From Macrostomum lignano (taxonomy: Eukaryota), in assembly GCA_002269645.1 (NCBI GenBank), contig NIVC01000487.1, positions 1-64,000 on the forward strand: a stretch of 64,000 nt of DNA, in the 5' to 3' direction. The translations under genes and the position numbers were made by a program. Of the stretch, positions 13,461 to 25,035 are shown piece by piece (positions within the stretch are counted from its first letter, which is position 1; each line of letters begins with the position of its first letter). Below the pieces are notes generated by a model. The model ran no database searches, was not told where the DNA came from, and saw only the letters and a program-made list of their open reading frames with translations.

Positions 13461-13978
13461 GGGATGCTTACTATGTGCAGGATACTTGCTATCTGGGTGG
13501 ATGCTAGTACAATATTTGGGGGATGCTTGCTATCTGCAGGATGCTTATTGTCTAGGTAGATGCTTGCTATCTGGATGGATGCTTGCTATCTGGGTGGATG
13601 CTTGCTATCTGGGTGGATGCTTACTATCTAGGTGGATGCTTGCTATTGTTGTACTATTGCTGGCTGGCCAACCCAAATATATATTTAGCGCGGTATAGCA
13701 GCAGTGAGGGACCAACTGTGGCTGCTACTTTCCAATTCAACTCAGCTCTAAGTTTCCACTGCCCATATCGATTAGAACCAAGACACCCCTATGGGTACAT
13801 AACGTCTGAGAATCTGCGCTACCGGCTAGTCCTTCGCCACTGCTCCTGCCATGTTCATTCCTCAGTAAGAACTTGAGTCTCGTTGTGTTGTTTATTGTTT
13901 GGTATGGGACTTACTGTATCGGGTATTGCCGTAGGGATGAGCTGCTAGCTAGGAACAAGAAGTGACAAATACCAACAG

Positions 13979-15412
13979 TTAATACTTTGTAACTCCACCT
14001 TTAGCATCAATAACAGCCCAAAATTGATTTCTATAACTGTCAATCAGTCAGCTGCACCACTCTGCAAGAATCTTTTCCCATTCTTCAATGTAGAACCTCT
14101 TTAACTCATCCAGATTCTAAGGTCTGCATGCGTGAACAGCCTTCTTCAGATTGAACCAAAGATTTTCAATAACATTCAAATCTGGGCTTTGACTTGGCCA
14201 GTCCATCAGCTTCACCTTTTTGTTCTGAAACCATGTTTGAGTTGATTTGCTAGTATGCTTTGGGTTGTTATCTTGCTATATCAGCCAATCACGCCTAAGC
14301 TTCAGCTTTCTTATGCTAGGTTGGACATTAGCAGCCAGTATTCCTTGATATCTGGATATCTGATATCTTGATATCTGAGTTCATAATTCCATGAATTTGG
14401 ACAATGTTTTTAGTTCCACTTGCAGCGCAACAGCCCCACAGCATGATGCTGCCACCTCCATGCTTTACAGTTGGCAGTACATTACTTTGTTTAAATGCTT
14501 GATTTGGCTTTCTCCATATATAATTGCTGCAAAATATGCCTAAACAGTTCATTTTTTGTCTCTTCTGTCTATAAGATATTTGGCAATAGCTATCTGGCTG
14601 CTGCAGCTGCTGTTAAGCACATTTTAGGCAAGCTTGGCAATGCTTTTTGGACAGAAAAGGCTTCTTGCAAACAACTCATCCATGGTATCCTTGATAGTTC
14701 AAAGACTTCTACACCATTGATTTGTGAACCTCTATTCCGCATTGAGCAAGCTGATGTTGCAATTGACTAGCAGTCACAGTTGGATCACTGTCAACAGTCT
14801 AAGCTAGTCTTCTTGCTGTGCACTTAAAAAATTTGGCCGGTCATCTACAAGGCAGTGGTGTCACAGTGTTATGCCTCCACCATTTGTGTATGACAGCTCT
14901 AATAGTGGAAGCACTGAGTTGAAGTTGGCTGGCAATTTTCTTGTATCCAAGGCCAGTTTTGTGAGCTAATACAACAAGTTGCTTCAAATGCTCTGGGTGC
15001 TCTTTGCCATAATATATGCTGGCATAAAGTACTGCTGTTAGCTAGCCTGCCTCTGAGGCTTTATATAGCTTTGTACAAGTGTATAATTGCATTCAAACTA
15101 CAATGATGCAACAGATTTTGTGTGCAACGTGCCATGATGGTCTGAAATTGCATCATGCATTGTGGTTTCAATGGTTTGAATGATTACAATTAGCATGTTT
15201 GTAGTACAAACTTTTGGCTTTACTAACTTTTTTGATGGCAGTCTAACTGTATCCAAACTTTGTGATATTTTTGCTAACAATATACAAAATCAGTTACTAA
15301 TATAAATACCTTTATTTGAATAAAATCTGAGAACATTTTCCTTAGGCTAAAAGAAGTTATTGGAATTTTTGTGACAGTTCAGTCAGGGTTCACTAACTTT
15401 TTCTTGCAACTG
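13979..15412 (-). mobile_element. Inactive Tc1-family transposon; only one terminal repeat recognised
   Basis: Minus-strand [13 protein letters not shown] motif and AVIDAKGGVTKY-stop C-terminus (stop 13981-13979), with many stops and frameshifts. The end reads CAGTTGCAAGAAAAAG from 15412, flanked by TA. Confidence 0.85.
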
Positions 15413-17593
15413 TATATATTAATAGACAAATGTAGGCCTTGGTGCACAAATTTGTATTTTAGCTTTGCATATAGTGCACACCAAAATATGCTAAAATATA
15501 TTATTGCACACATGTGACACCTTAGGTATAGTATGAATAGTACTCATAGGCTTGCATTTTGTAATATTTTTATTTTTTGTTTATTAGTCTAATATTATTG
15601 TTGCTGAAAGGTTAGGCCCTATAAAGCTAACCTAAAATGCATTTATATGGAATGCAGATAAAATAAGCCTTTTTACCAACTCCTAATAAAAGACCTATTC
15701 CTATAAAGTGCTTTTATCTTATTTGCTATTTTATAACACAAAGGGTAATGCAGTTGCAAATATAAGGTTAGTTTAAAGCATTGGAATCATAACTTGAATG
15801 TCAGGGGTTTTTACTAATAAAAAATTAATATAAAATTTTTGTTCTGTTCAAAACATAGAAAGTTTTCCTAAGACAATCAAGCATTAGCTATATTTTTTTG
15901 TTAAATGCTTGGTAATTTTTCAAAACAACCTAAAGTTATTGCCTGTATACTTTATTATGTTACTTAAGCATTTATCACTGATAGTCATATTGCCAAAGTA
16001 ACTAGTAGCCCTTGGTGCTAGATATTTTAGTATTACCATAGTCTAGTACTAGAGCAAAGGAAAAACTTATCTGATGTAAAGGCCATCTTCTAGACTATGA
16101 AGTATAGTATTTGGACTTTTAGTGTTTATCATTTTTTATTTTAAAGTTTCCATTCTAAATCTTCTTAAAGCAGTCTACTAGTAAAAACATGATATAGATT
16201 TCAACAACAATTGTCCAATTATCTGGCATTAGCATTGCTATTTTCTTTATTTATTAGTATATTGACATGGTTATTAGTTGTATATAAAATAGATTATTTT
16301 GCCTTAGAAATATAAAGACACTAATATAGTATTGTTCTACTTTGTTCCTTAGCTTAGATTTGATCTTTTTATTTTTAGTTTTTAAATAGGCATTTGACTG
16401 TTTCCTTATAGCAGTAAAATAAATTTCCCTTTTGGTACTTAATAAGTTTCATATAAATGATATTAGCATCTTTCAATAAGAATAAGATAGCATAGCAATA
16501 AGATTAGCTAATGTCTTTCTTTGGCTCTAAGTTTAATTATGCTTGTCTTTAGAGACCAGAATAAAGGGTTGCTTAGTGCTCAAAAAACAGGCTTAGCTTG
16601 TTTGTTAATACCAAAACACTAGTTTTTTAAGACCAGATGTTACCTTTTCAATGCCTTGCTCAAGACCATATCAAGAACTACTCAAATAGAAAGATGAGAA
16701 ATAACATTACTTAAAAATGTTTATAAGGCTAGTTTTTTTCAGAAAATAGTTACCCAGGTCACAAACCAACTGTCCTTTTAGTATATGTCTAGCACCTAAA
16801 AACCATTAAAATGGCACAGCTCAGCTCGTTGCTTTTATGAATCTATTTTATCATTCTTAGCAGACTTTGTAATATTTATGTGTAACAAAAATGATAAAAT
16901 ATATTCATAAAACCAATGAGCCAAGCTATGTCATGCATTTTTATGATTCTTAGATATAGGGAATGTATATAAAATAAAACATTAGCATGAATCCTATTTC
17001 TAAATCAAAAGCTTTATGAATACCAATAAAGCTATAAAAAGAAAACATATGAAACAATGTGTGCTGAAAAACTGAAAATTTCATGCCATAGTATTTTTTA
17101 AGAAATGTAGTTTTTCATCTTTCTACTTAAGTAGTCCTTGGAGCACATTAGTTGCTTGCTACTAGTCACTTAGTGCCAAGACCATGGCTTGTTGCTGGGA
17201 TAGATTTGCCTTAATGCTATAAATATAACCAATAGTGTCTTTGACATCAGTGCTAGAGCCTACAGCTTGTGGCCAATGGTATGTATAACTTTGATATTAG
17301 CAATATTTTGATGCCTCTGAAGTCTGAATGTTAGGATCCATTTTTAACATTAGCTTACTACTATGGAATCATAAAAACAAAACAGAATATTTACTAAAGT
17401 GTCTAAGGATTTAAAATTATTCTTGTGTATGAGTAACACAAAACAAAGTTATGATTTTTGCATTGGTATTGCTTGGAACTATTCAAATTTTGTTGAATTT
17501 CATGCTTCTGCTAATGCTTGTAAAAATATGGTAAATGAGAGGCTTTATTATCAGTATTTTTTCTTATCTTCAGCTGTAAAGCATCATAAATGG

Positions 17594-17986
17594 ATGGATT
17601 CTGATTCTGATGCTGAGTGTACAGTAGTATCAAAAGATTGCCAAAAACGGTTAGATCAAGTTGGTAAACTTGGCTTCAAAGAGGGTGCAGCAAGCAAAAG
17701 TGAACTTGATCAGCAAGTTTGCTTTGACGAAGCCTTCAAAGTTTCGGAGCCACGCGCTGAAAGACTCGGTGCATTGAGGGCGCGCTTGTTGTGCAAACGC
17801 CAACTTGTCACTAATACTGTGGCCTTTGATAGTGTCCTGAGTGATATCGAGCAATACTGCTTGCGTGAATTACCAACAAAGCTTCTTGTCAACGACACAT
17901 TAAGTATTGATAACCACATCGATCAGCTAGAAACTCTTGTGGACTTTTTGTTGTTATCCGCTCAGACTCCAAGCAGCAATGTTTAG
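17594..17986 (+). CDS. YAE1: YAE1-like protein (Yae1_N; CIA adaptor for ABCE1), 130 aa, single exon
   Basis: MDSDSDAEC...GFKEG...QQVCFDEAFK...LGALRARL aligns without gaps to the remembered human YAE1 GYRDG...QQGFNQGYK...YGRLRGTL. A pyrimidine-rich acceptor TTTTTCTTATCTTCAG ends at 17573, 20 nt before the ATG. Confidence 0.65.
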   Translation: MDSDSDAECTVVSKDCQKRLDQVGKLGFKEGAASKSELDQQVCFDEAFKVSEPRAERLGALRARLLCKRQLVTNTVAFDSVLSDIEQYCLRELPTKLLVNDTLSIDNHIDQLETLVDFLLLSAQTPSSNV

Positions 17987-20182
17987 TGACAACGAGGCGC
18001 AGGAGTTTACAGCTCAACATTGGAAACGGCTGGCGCATCTGGCTGTCACTTATAAACAGTCAGGTGATGACAATCCATTGCGCGCTTTTCTAACTAGGGC
18101 TTTTATAACAGATGGAAAAATTTACGACGGAAAATTTCATAAAGAAAAGCAGAATGAGGAGTGTCAAGTGGAGGTTGGCAAAAAATATGACGATTCGCTG
18201 AATCCAGATGAAAGTGATGCCCAACCTGTTGTAATGGCCGCAGTGCCTGCTGATGCCGTTTCTGACCGGCTGGCCGAATTGTGCATTTCAGCCGATTCTG
18301 GCACTGCCTGCGACGGCGAAGAGGAGACTCGTACTACAGAAAAAGAAATTGGGACGTCTACCAACTCGGAAATGAACAAGGAAGCCTGCGAAGTAATGAG
18401 TCCAGAAGATGAGGAGCGAATGATGGCTATGCTGGGTCTGCCAACTAATTTCGCTGTCCGTCAAAGGCGGCAACGCCGAGATGACGGCGATTCAAGTCGA
18501 AAACCAGGAAAACGTCCAATGCAGCACCAAGATCGAGATGCCCCACTAATGGAACCAGAGAAAAATATTTTAGAGACTGCCGACGAGTCGCCAAAGCGAC
18601 GCAAATCCATTCCCGAAGTTGTTTCTGAAGATTTCAAGGAAGACGCCAATGAGGAACAAGTTTACCACGGCCCGCACTGGCCAGACTATGAATGGATTGC
18701 TGGCGAGTTCGAACGCTATTGGAACGCTAATCGCGATCGCTGCATCTGGCTAGCTTGGGTGCGCCGTTTCGGTGCTTACATGACCGAGGAGAGCTGGTCT
18801 GGTATGCCAGCTAGCCTGCGCGAAAATGAGGAGTTTCTGCAACTGCTGCGCGAACAACAAGGCTCGAATTCGTCATCTGCCGGGTTGCCTGTTCAAGACT
18901 GGGATTTAGAGTGGCAGAGAAACAGTGAAACAGCCTACTGGGCCGAGATTCTCCGGTTTGTCTCCCGCTACCGACCAGGATCTGGGGCCAAACAGTCGGC
19001 CCTGAGACTGGCTAAGCGGCTTGGATTTGTTTACAAAGCTCATCTTGATCAAGATCATGTGTCGGCTAGCAACTACCAGCTGCTTCCCGCTGGAGAGACT
19101 GCCGCTCATCTATCCTACAAAGACTATAAGGCGATTGAACGAGATGCCGAAACAGAGGTATTTTTGACCTTTCTTATTTCCCTGCATATTAAAATTATTG
19201 AAACTCATGTACTATTTCTTGCTGCAGACTGTACAAGTTATAATGAGTGAGGTACAGTATTCAACCTTAGTTTTAATACTTTGTGGGAGTCAGAAGAATC
19301 ACTATAGACAAATAGGATTAGATTTCTGTTAACCTCTTTTATCACGCTTTGTTCCTGTGCAGTTCCATACTGGTCTCTTAAGATCGTAACTAAAGCCTTC
19401 TTCAACTAAAAGCCACCTTTTTGAGATTAGAGAACGCCGTTGCAGTTTACCTGTTGTCTTGTTAAGTTCCGCTACCTTCCTTCGTGTATTTTATTTTATA
19501 GGCTGCTGAGGCTAAAACCGCCCTGCAAGATCCAATACTGAACAAGTACTGGAATCAGCGCTACCGGTTCTTCGACAAATTCGACGATGGCATCCAGCTG
19601 GATAGAGAGGCCTGGTTTAGCGTCACGCCGCAGAGAATCGCCCGTCATCAGGCCGAGCGACTAAAATGCCCTGGCATCCTGATTGATGCATTTTGCGGCG
19701 CCGGTGGCAATGTTATTCAATTTGCCCAGCTGAGCGGCCACGTTATCGCCATAGACATCGATCCCAGCCGCCTGGCCATGGCCGAGCACAATGCCGGCGT
19801 CTACGGTGTGCTTAACAATATCAGCTTCCTGTGCGAAGATTTTTTCGACGCTGTGCCCCGTCTCGGCGCCATTGCCGATGCCATCTTTCTATCGCCACCT
19901 TGGGGCGGTCCCAGCTATCTGGACAAGGACGTATTCGATCTGGACGAGCCGGTTCTGTCCGGCGGTCGCTCCGTTGCCGACTGCGTTCGCTCCGCCCTGG
20001 CCCACTGCGCCAGCGTTGCTATCTACCTGCCCCGCAATGTGGACCTGGGCCAGCTGACCCGCCTGCTGGCCGGCTGTCGGGCTGGTATTGTTGAGGTTGA
20101 GCAAAATATGCTCAATGGCCGGCTGAAGGCTATCACAGTCTACACCGGTGGCCTTGTGGACGCAGTGACTGCTGACTATTAA
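17979..20182 (+). CDS. TGS1: Trimethylguanosine synthase (PIMT/TGS1), 2 exons, 619 aa
   Basis: Exons 17979-19157 and 19502-20182, GT-AG intron, phase 0. Motifs KYWNQRYRFF, WFSVTP, DAFCGAGGN, DID and FLSPPWGGP. The N-terminal Trp-rich patch resembles PIMT. Confidence 0.93.
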
Positions 20183-20284
20183 TTAGTGAAATGTACTGCA
20201 TAATGCAATATTATTTTCTTATCCTGCTTCGCAGATACTAGAATAACTAGACATCAACTAGAATAACAAGTTAGGAATAAACAA

Positions 20285-20570
20285 CAAGCATTCAACCCGA
20301 TGTACACAAGTGAATGCAAGACGGAAAAAACTCAGCCTGGGGGGAGGCCCAATCTAGCTCAGCCAATGAAAGAGCAGTAAGGAGAGAGGGCAAAGTCAGA
20401 CGGACGAAACTCAGCCTAGGGCAGGCCCAATCTGGCTTAGCCAATGAGAGAGCAGCAAGGAGAGAGGTCAAAGTCAGACACGAGTGGGCGAGAGGAAAGC
20501 CAAGCTGTTATGGAATGGGTGATGGGGTTTATCGGCCTGGCTGGGGGCTGTGGAGCCATCCCTTTTCTCT
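20285..20570 (+). repeat. Dispersed repeat with about 80-bp CCAAT-containing subunits (copy 1)
   Basis: Two subunits CCCAATCT...AGCCAATG...AGCAGTAAGGAGAGAGG; aligns to the inverted copy at 26870-27195. Confidence 0.75.
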
Positions 20571-21718
20571 CTTGCTCGTTACGCACAAGCACTGGATTAT
20601 GGCTTTTCATGTTTTCCTGCAATCTTCAGTCGTGAATCAATTATTTTTTTAATTATTTAAAGTCTGAGCAGGCTGGGGTTGGTATAACAAGGTAAAGAAT
20701 AAACATGCTCAAAATTAAAGAGGCAAAAAACGCTAATTTTATACTGAAAAACCAGTAGACAAGCACATTTTTTGCGAGTGACATCTTCTAGCTATTCTAT
20801 TATGTGATCTGTTCTATCAGTTATATTTATGCCTTGAGACAATTTGCAATGTGAGTAAAAAAAAACAGATTTTTTCGAAGCTCAGTCAGACAATAGCATT
20901 TTACTTTGTGTCTGAAATTTAAACGAAACTGGTATAAGATGATTCAAAGATACTGAAAACCTTCGTCTCGTAATAATTTGCTATTTTTCAATCCAGGAAA
21001 GCATCGTGAGCCAACCAACCACTCTCCCTGTTTTCGTGTTTTCTGCTTTTGTCATCAAGCCACGATTTTGTTTGCCAGCTTAATCACCTCATCACTGGTT
21101 ACGGGTCCGTTATTTAACAGCTTTTCTTTTGACTATACGGTATTTTTTCCATTTTCCATTCATCAGCATCATCACCCATCCGTTGATTGCATTCGATTCG
21201 AGGCTAAATAGCTTGTAATTCTTACCATAAATGATGCACAAGCATAGTTACTATTTTCTACTTTTTTACTATATTTCCTACAAATTAAATTATGAAATCT
21301 TCTGGAAAAGAAAATCTAATATTATTTATTGAGTCTCCGAGTGCTGTTTCAGCCAAACCGGTCCTTTATTGTTGCGAATCCCGCCCTGCAATTGCTGTAA
21401 ACCGTTTTGCTAGCTGTTTTGTGTTTGCTAATTCGATAATTGCTAATATAAGCTGAAAGTAAGCTCTTTGTTGTTTTCTTTAATATTTTGATTATAATTT
21501 CGTCGTTCTGTTCATTTTTGTTGTCTTGTCGTTAGGTTATAAAGTCAAGGATCACACCTGTAGACAGATTAGATAAAACACTATCATGAAGTAGTCATAT
21601 TTACTCTCGCCTTTTACCTAGGCAGTCTGTTGATTAGAACATAGAATGTTATTTAACTACGTTAATAAATTGCTTATTTAGCTACTTAGGAACTGAAATA
21701 ACCAGTAGTAAAAACTAT

Positions 21719-22010
21719 CCGGTGGTCTTAGCCCGGCGCTCTGATGTGCCAGCGGCCCAGGCTCGATTCCTAGTGCATTAATTTGGGGCTGAATTGAAAT
21801 CTCGACTTGGCTCTGCTCGTGCAATTAACGCCCTTGAGGACCAGCCCCAAGGCACGTTGAAATGTACATGCCTAACAATAAAGTCAGGGCCGCTGTACAC
21901 TCCTGTGTCAGTTTGTACCTGCTCAGGGGAGTCGGCGAAATGGGCAGTAAGGCCTCTCGCTGGTTGCGTGACAATGTCGCTTAAAAAGCACTAGGGTGCA
22001 CAAAGCCCCT
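21719..22010 (+). mobile_element. tRNA-derived SINE (family A)
   Basis: A-box-like start and B-box GGCTCGATTCC; highly similar to 43192-43420. Confidence 0.75.
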
Positions 22011-22082
22011 GACTCTATCTCTAAAAATAGTATAAGCTACCTATCCGCCTCCTTCAGCAATAAATCTGTCCCAATAGCAACA

Positions 22083-22481
22083 ATGGCCGGTGGCAAAGCG
22101 GGCAAAGACAGCGGCAAGGCCAAGCAGAAGGCCATCTCTCGGTCAGCCAGGGCCGGCCTACAATTCCCAGTCGGCCGTATTCATCGCCATTTGAAGACCC
22201 GAACAACCAGCCACGGTCGGGTTGGTGCCACCGCCGCCGTGTACAGCGCCGCCATCTTGGAGTACCTCACCGCCGAAGTGCTGGAGCTGGCTGGCAACGC
22301 TAGCAAAGATCTGCGCGTTAAGCGCATCACGCCGCGCCATCTGCAGCTGGCTATTCGAGGCGACGAAGAGCTGGACACGCTAATTAAAGCCACCATCGCT
22401 GGTGGCGGCGTGATCCCGCACATTCACAAGAGTCTGGTGAATAAGAAGGGCGCAGCCACTGTGCCGCCAAAGGGCCATTAA
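22083..22481 (+). CDS. H2A.Z: Histone H2A.Z (H2A.V), intronless CDS, 132 aa
   Basis: [14 protein letters not shown]...[20 protein letters not shown]...[26 protein letters not shown] is the diagnostic H2A.Z sequence. Confidence 0.98.
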   Translation: MAGGKAGKDSGKAKQKAISRSARAGLQFPVGRIHRHLKTRTTSHGRVGATAAVYSAAILEYLTAEVLELAGNASKDLRVKRITPRHLQLAIRGDEELDTLIKATIAGGGVIPHIHKSLVNKKGAATVPPKGH

Positions 22482-22984
22482 ACTCGCTAACTGACTCAAA
22501 TTCGTTGTCGCGTCGATTATGTTCTTTTTTTCAAGCCCGCCGGCAGCTTTAATTAGTTTTCAGGTAACCTCAGCCTCCTTTGTTCTTAATTCTAATCTAT
22601 AATACTACTACTATAAGTCTGTCGAGTTTCTTATTTTTGTAATTCTTTTTAATTTTTCCCTATTCATTTGACTAAGTATCGTTTTTTTGCCTATGTTGTT
22701 CCACTGCTTACATGTGCTATTGGTTAATCTGCAATGCAATTCTTTTCTGCTTTTAGCTAATTCTGTTTTTAAGAAAACCTACATGCTACAATAATACTTT
22801 ACTGCCGTTTTTAGCATAATTTAGTCATTTTTAACTTTTAGTAGTATGCCTGACTACGCGAAGCTGTTCTAATTAATTATTACACAATACATCAACTGCG
22901 TGAGTTGGACCCATAATATATCGCGTTTAATTATGCAATTGTTTTGTGTGTTTTGCTTTTTAACTTATTTTCACCAGTCATCCA

Positions 22985-24760
22985 CTGATCCCTTCGAACT
23001 TATCAGTGACCCTACTGTCCCTGCAGATCCATCAGTTGACCTCATTGTCCCCCCGCATATCCACCAGTGACCCCACTGTCCCAGCAGATCCATCAGTGAC
23101 CCACTGTCTTTGCAGGTCCATTAGTGACCCACTATTAGTGCAGATTCATCAGTGACCCCACTGTCCCTACAGACCCACCAGTGACCCCACTGTCCCAGCA
23201 GATCCATCAGTGACCCCACTGTCCCAGCAGATCCATCAGTGACCCCACTGTCCCAGCAGATCCATCAGTGACCTCACTATTAATGCAGATTCATCAGTGA
23301 CCTACTGTCCCTACATATCCATCAGTGACCCACTGTCCCTGCAGATCCATCAGTGACCTCATTGTCCCCCTGCGTATCCACCAGTGACCCCACTGTCCCA
23401 GCAGATCCATCAGTGACCCCACTGTCTTTGCAGGTCCATCAGTGACCCACTGTCCTTGCAGATTCATCAGTGACCCACTGTCTTTGCAGGTCCATCAGTG
23501 ACCCACTGTCCTTGCAGGTCCATCAGTGACCCACTGTCCCTGCAGATTCATCAGTGACCCCACTGTCCTTGCAGGTCCATCAGTGACCCCACTATTAATG
23601 CAGATTCATCAGTGACCTACTGTCCCTGCAGACCCACCAGTGACCCCACTGTCCCCGCAGACCCACCAGTGACCCCACTGTCCCCGCAGATCCATCAGTG
23701 ACCCACTGTCCCCGCAGATCCATCAGTGACCCACTGTCCCCGCAGATCCATCAGTGACCCACTGTCCCTGCAGATTCATCAGTGACCCCACTGTCTTTGC
23801 AGGTCCATTAGTGACCCCACTATTAATGCAGATTCATCAGTGACCCCACTGTCCTTGCAGGTCCATCAGTGACCCCACTTTTAATGCAGATTCATCAGTG
23901 ACCCCACTGTCCTTGCAGACCCACCAGTGACCCCACTGTCCTTGCAGGTCCATCAGTGACCCCACTTTTAATGCAGATTCATCAGTGACCCCACTGTCTT
24001 TGCAGACCCACCAGTGACCCCACTGTCCCCGCAGATCCATCAGTGACCCACTGTCCCCGCAGATCCATCAGTGACCCCACTGTCCTTGCAGGTCCATCAG
24101 TGACCCCACTATTAATGCAGATTCATCAGTGACCCCACTGTCCCCGCAGATCCATCAGTGACCCTACTGTCCCCGCAGATCCATCAGTGACCCACTGTCC
24201 CCGCAGATCCATCAGTGACCCCACTATTAATGCAGGTTCATCAGTGACCTACTGTCCCTACATATCCATCAGTGACCCCACTGTCCCCGCAGATCCATCA
24301 GTGACCCTACTGTCCCCGCAGATCCATCAGTGACCCACTGTCCCCGCAGATCCATCAGTGACCCACTGTCCCTGCAGATCCATCAGTGACCCACTGTCCC
24401 TACAGATCCATCAGTGACCCCACTGTCCCTACAGATCCATCAGTGACCCCACTGTCCCCGCAGATCCATCAGTGACCCACTGTCCCCGCAGATCCATCAG
24501 TGACCCACTGTCCCTACAAATCCATCAGTGACCTACTGTCCCCGCAGATCCATCAGTGACCCACTGTCCCTACATATCCATCAGTGACCCACTGTCCCCG
24601 CAGATCCATCAGTGACCCACTGTCCCTACAAATCCATCAGTGACCCACTGTCCCCGCAGATCCATCAGTGACCCACTGTCCCTACATATCCATCAGTGAC
24701 TCCACTGTTTCTGCAGATCTCCACGACTCCTTTGTGAATCCATCACTGTCCTCACTACTC
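22985..24760. repeat. 27-28-bp minisatellite (GCAGATCCATCAGTGACCCCACTGTCCC), about 1.75 kb
   Basis: Directly visible array between H2A.Z and MCM4. Confidence 0.95.
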
Positions 24761-25035
24761 CACGTAAATCATCTGTGACCCCGGTACAACCCATCTAAAG
24801 CATCATTGACCCTTAAAACCGTGAGTTATTTTGCTTAGGTTGAATAATCAGACTAGTCCCTACGATCAAAACCACCTATATATTACTACTAATCGATATA
24901 AATAATTAATTTTGCATTACTTGAAGTAGTACGCTATTTAAATTCTTTTCACTTCAGTTCAGCAAAAAGTTGCTAAATAAAGCCCCTCGTTTCCGCAGCA
25001 CCGAAGCCATCAAATAGGTAAACAAAGCGACAGCC

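Larger units (their letters stand above)
11190..13650. repeat. Interrupted degenerate minisatellite (GGGGATGCTTGCTATCT core) in four blocks
   Basis: Blocks at about 11190-11310, 11990-12180, 12450-12540 and 13460-13650, separated by a LINE, unique DNA and a second array. Confidence 0.8.

Noticed and set aside
13690-13960. Short GC-richer unique segment next to the Tc1 end, possibly a gene or TE fragment
   Set aside because: No recognisable motif or consistent reading frame on either strand.
17399-17978. Longer N-termini offered by the ORF track for YAE1 (17399) and TGS1 (17937)
   Set aside because: They start at GTG, and the extensions are AT-rich or contain splice-acceptor tracts. Homology begins at the downstream ATGs.
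21996-22082. 29-aa N-terminal extension of H2A.Z
   Set aside because: It starts at GTG inside the SINE tail; the canonical MAGGK starts at 22083.
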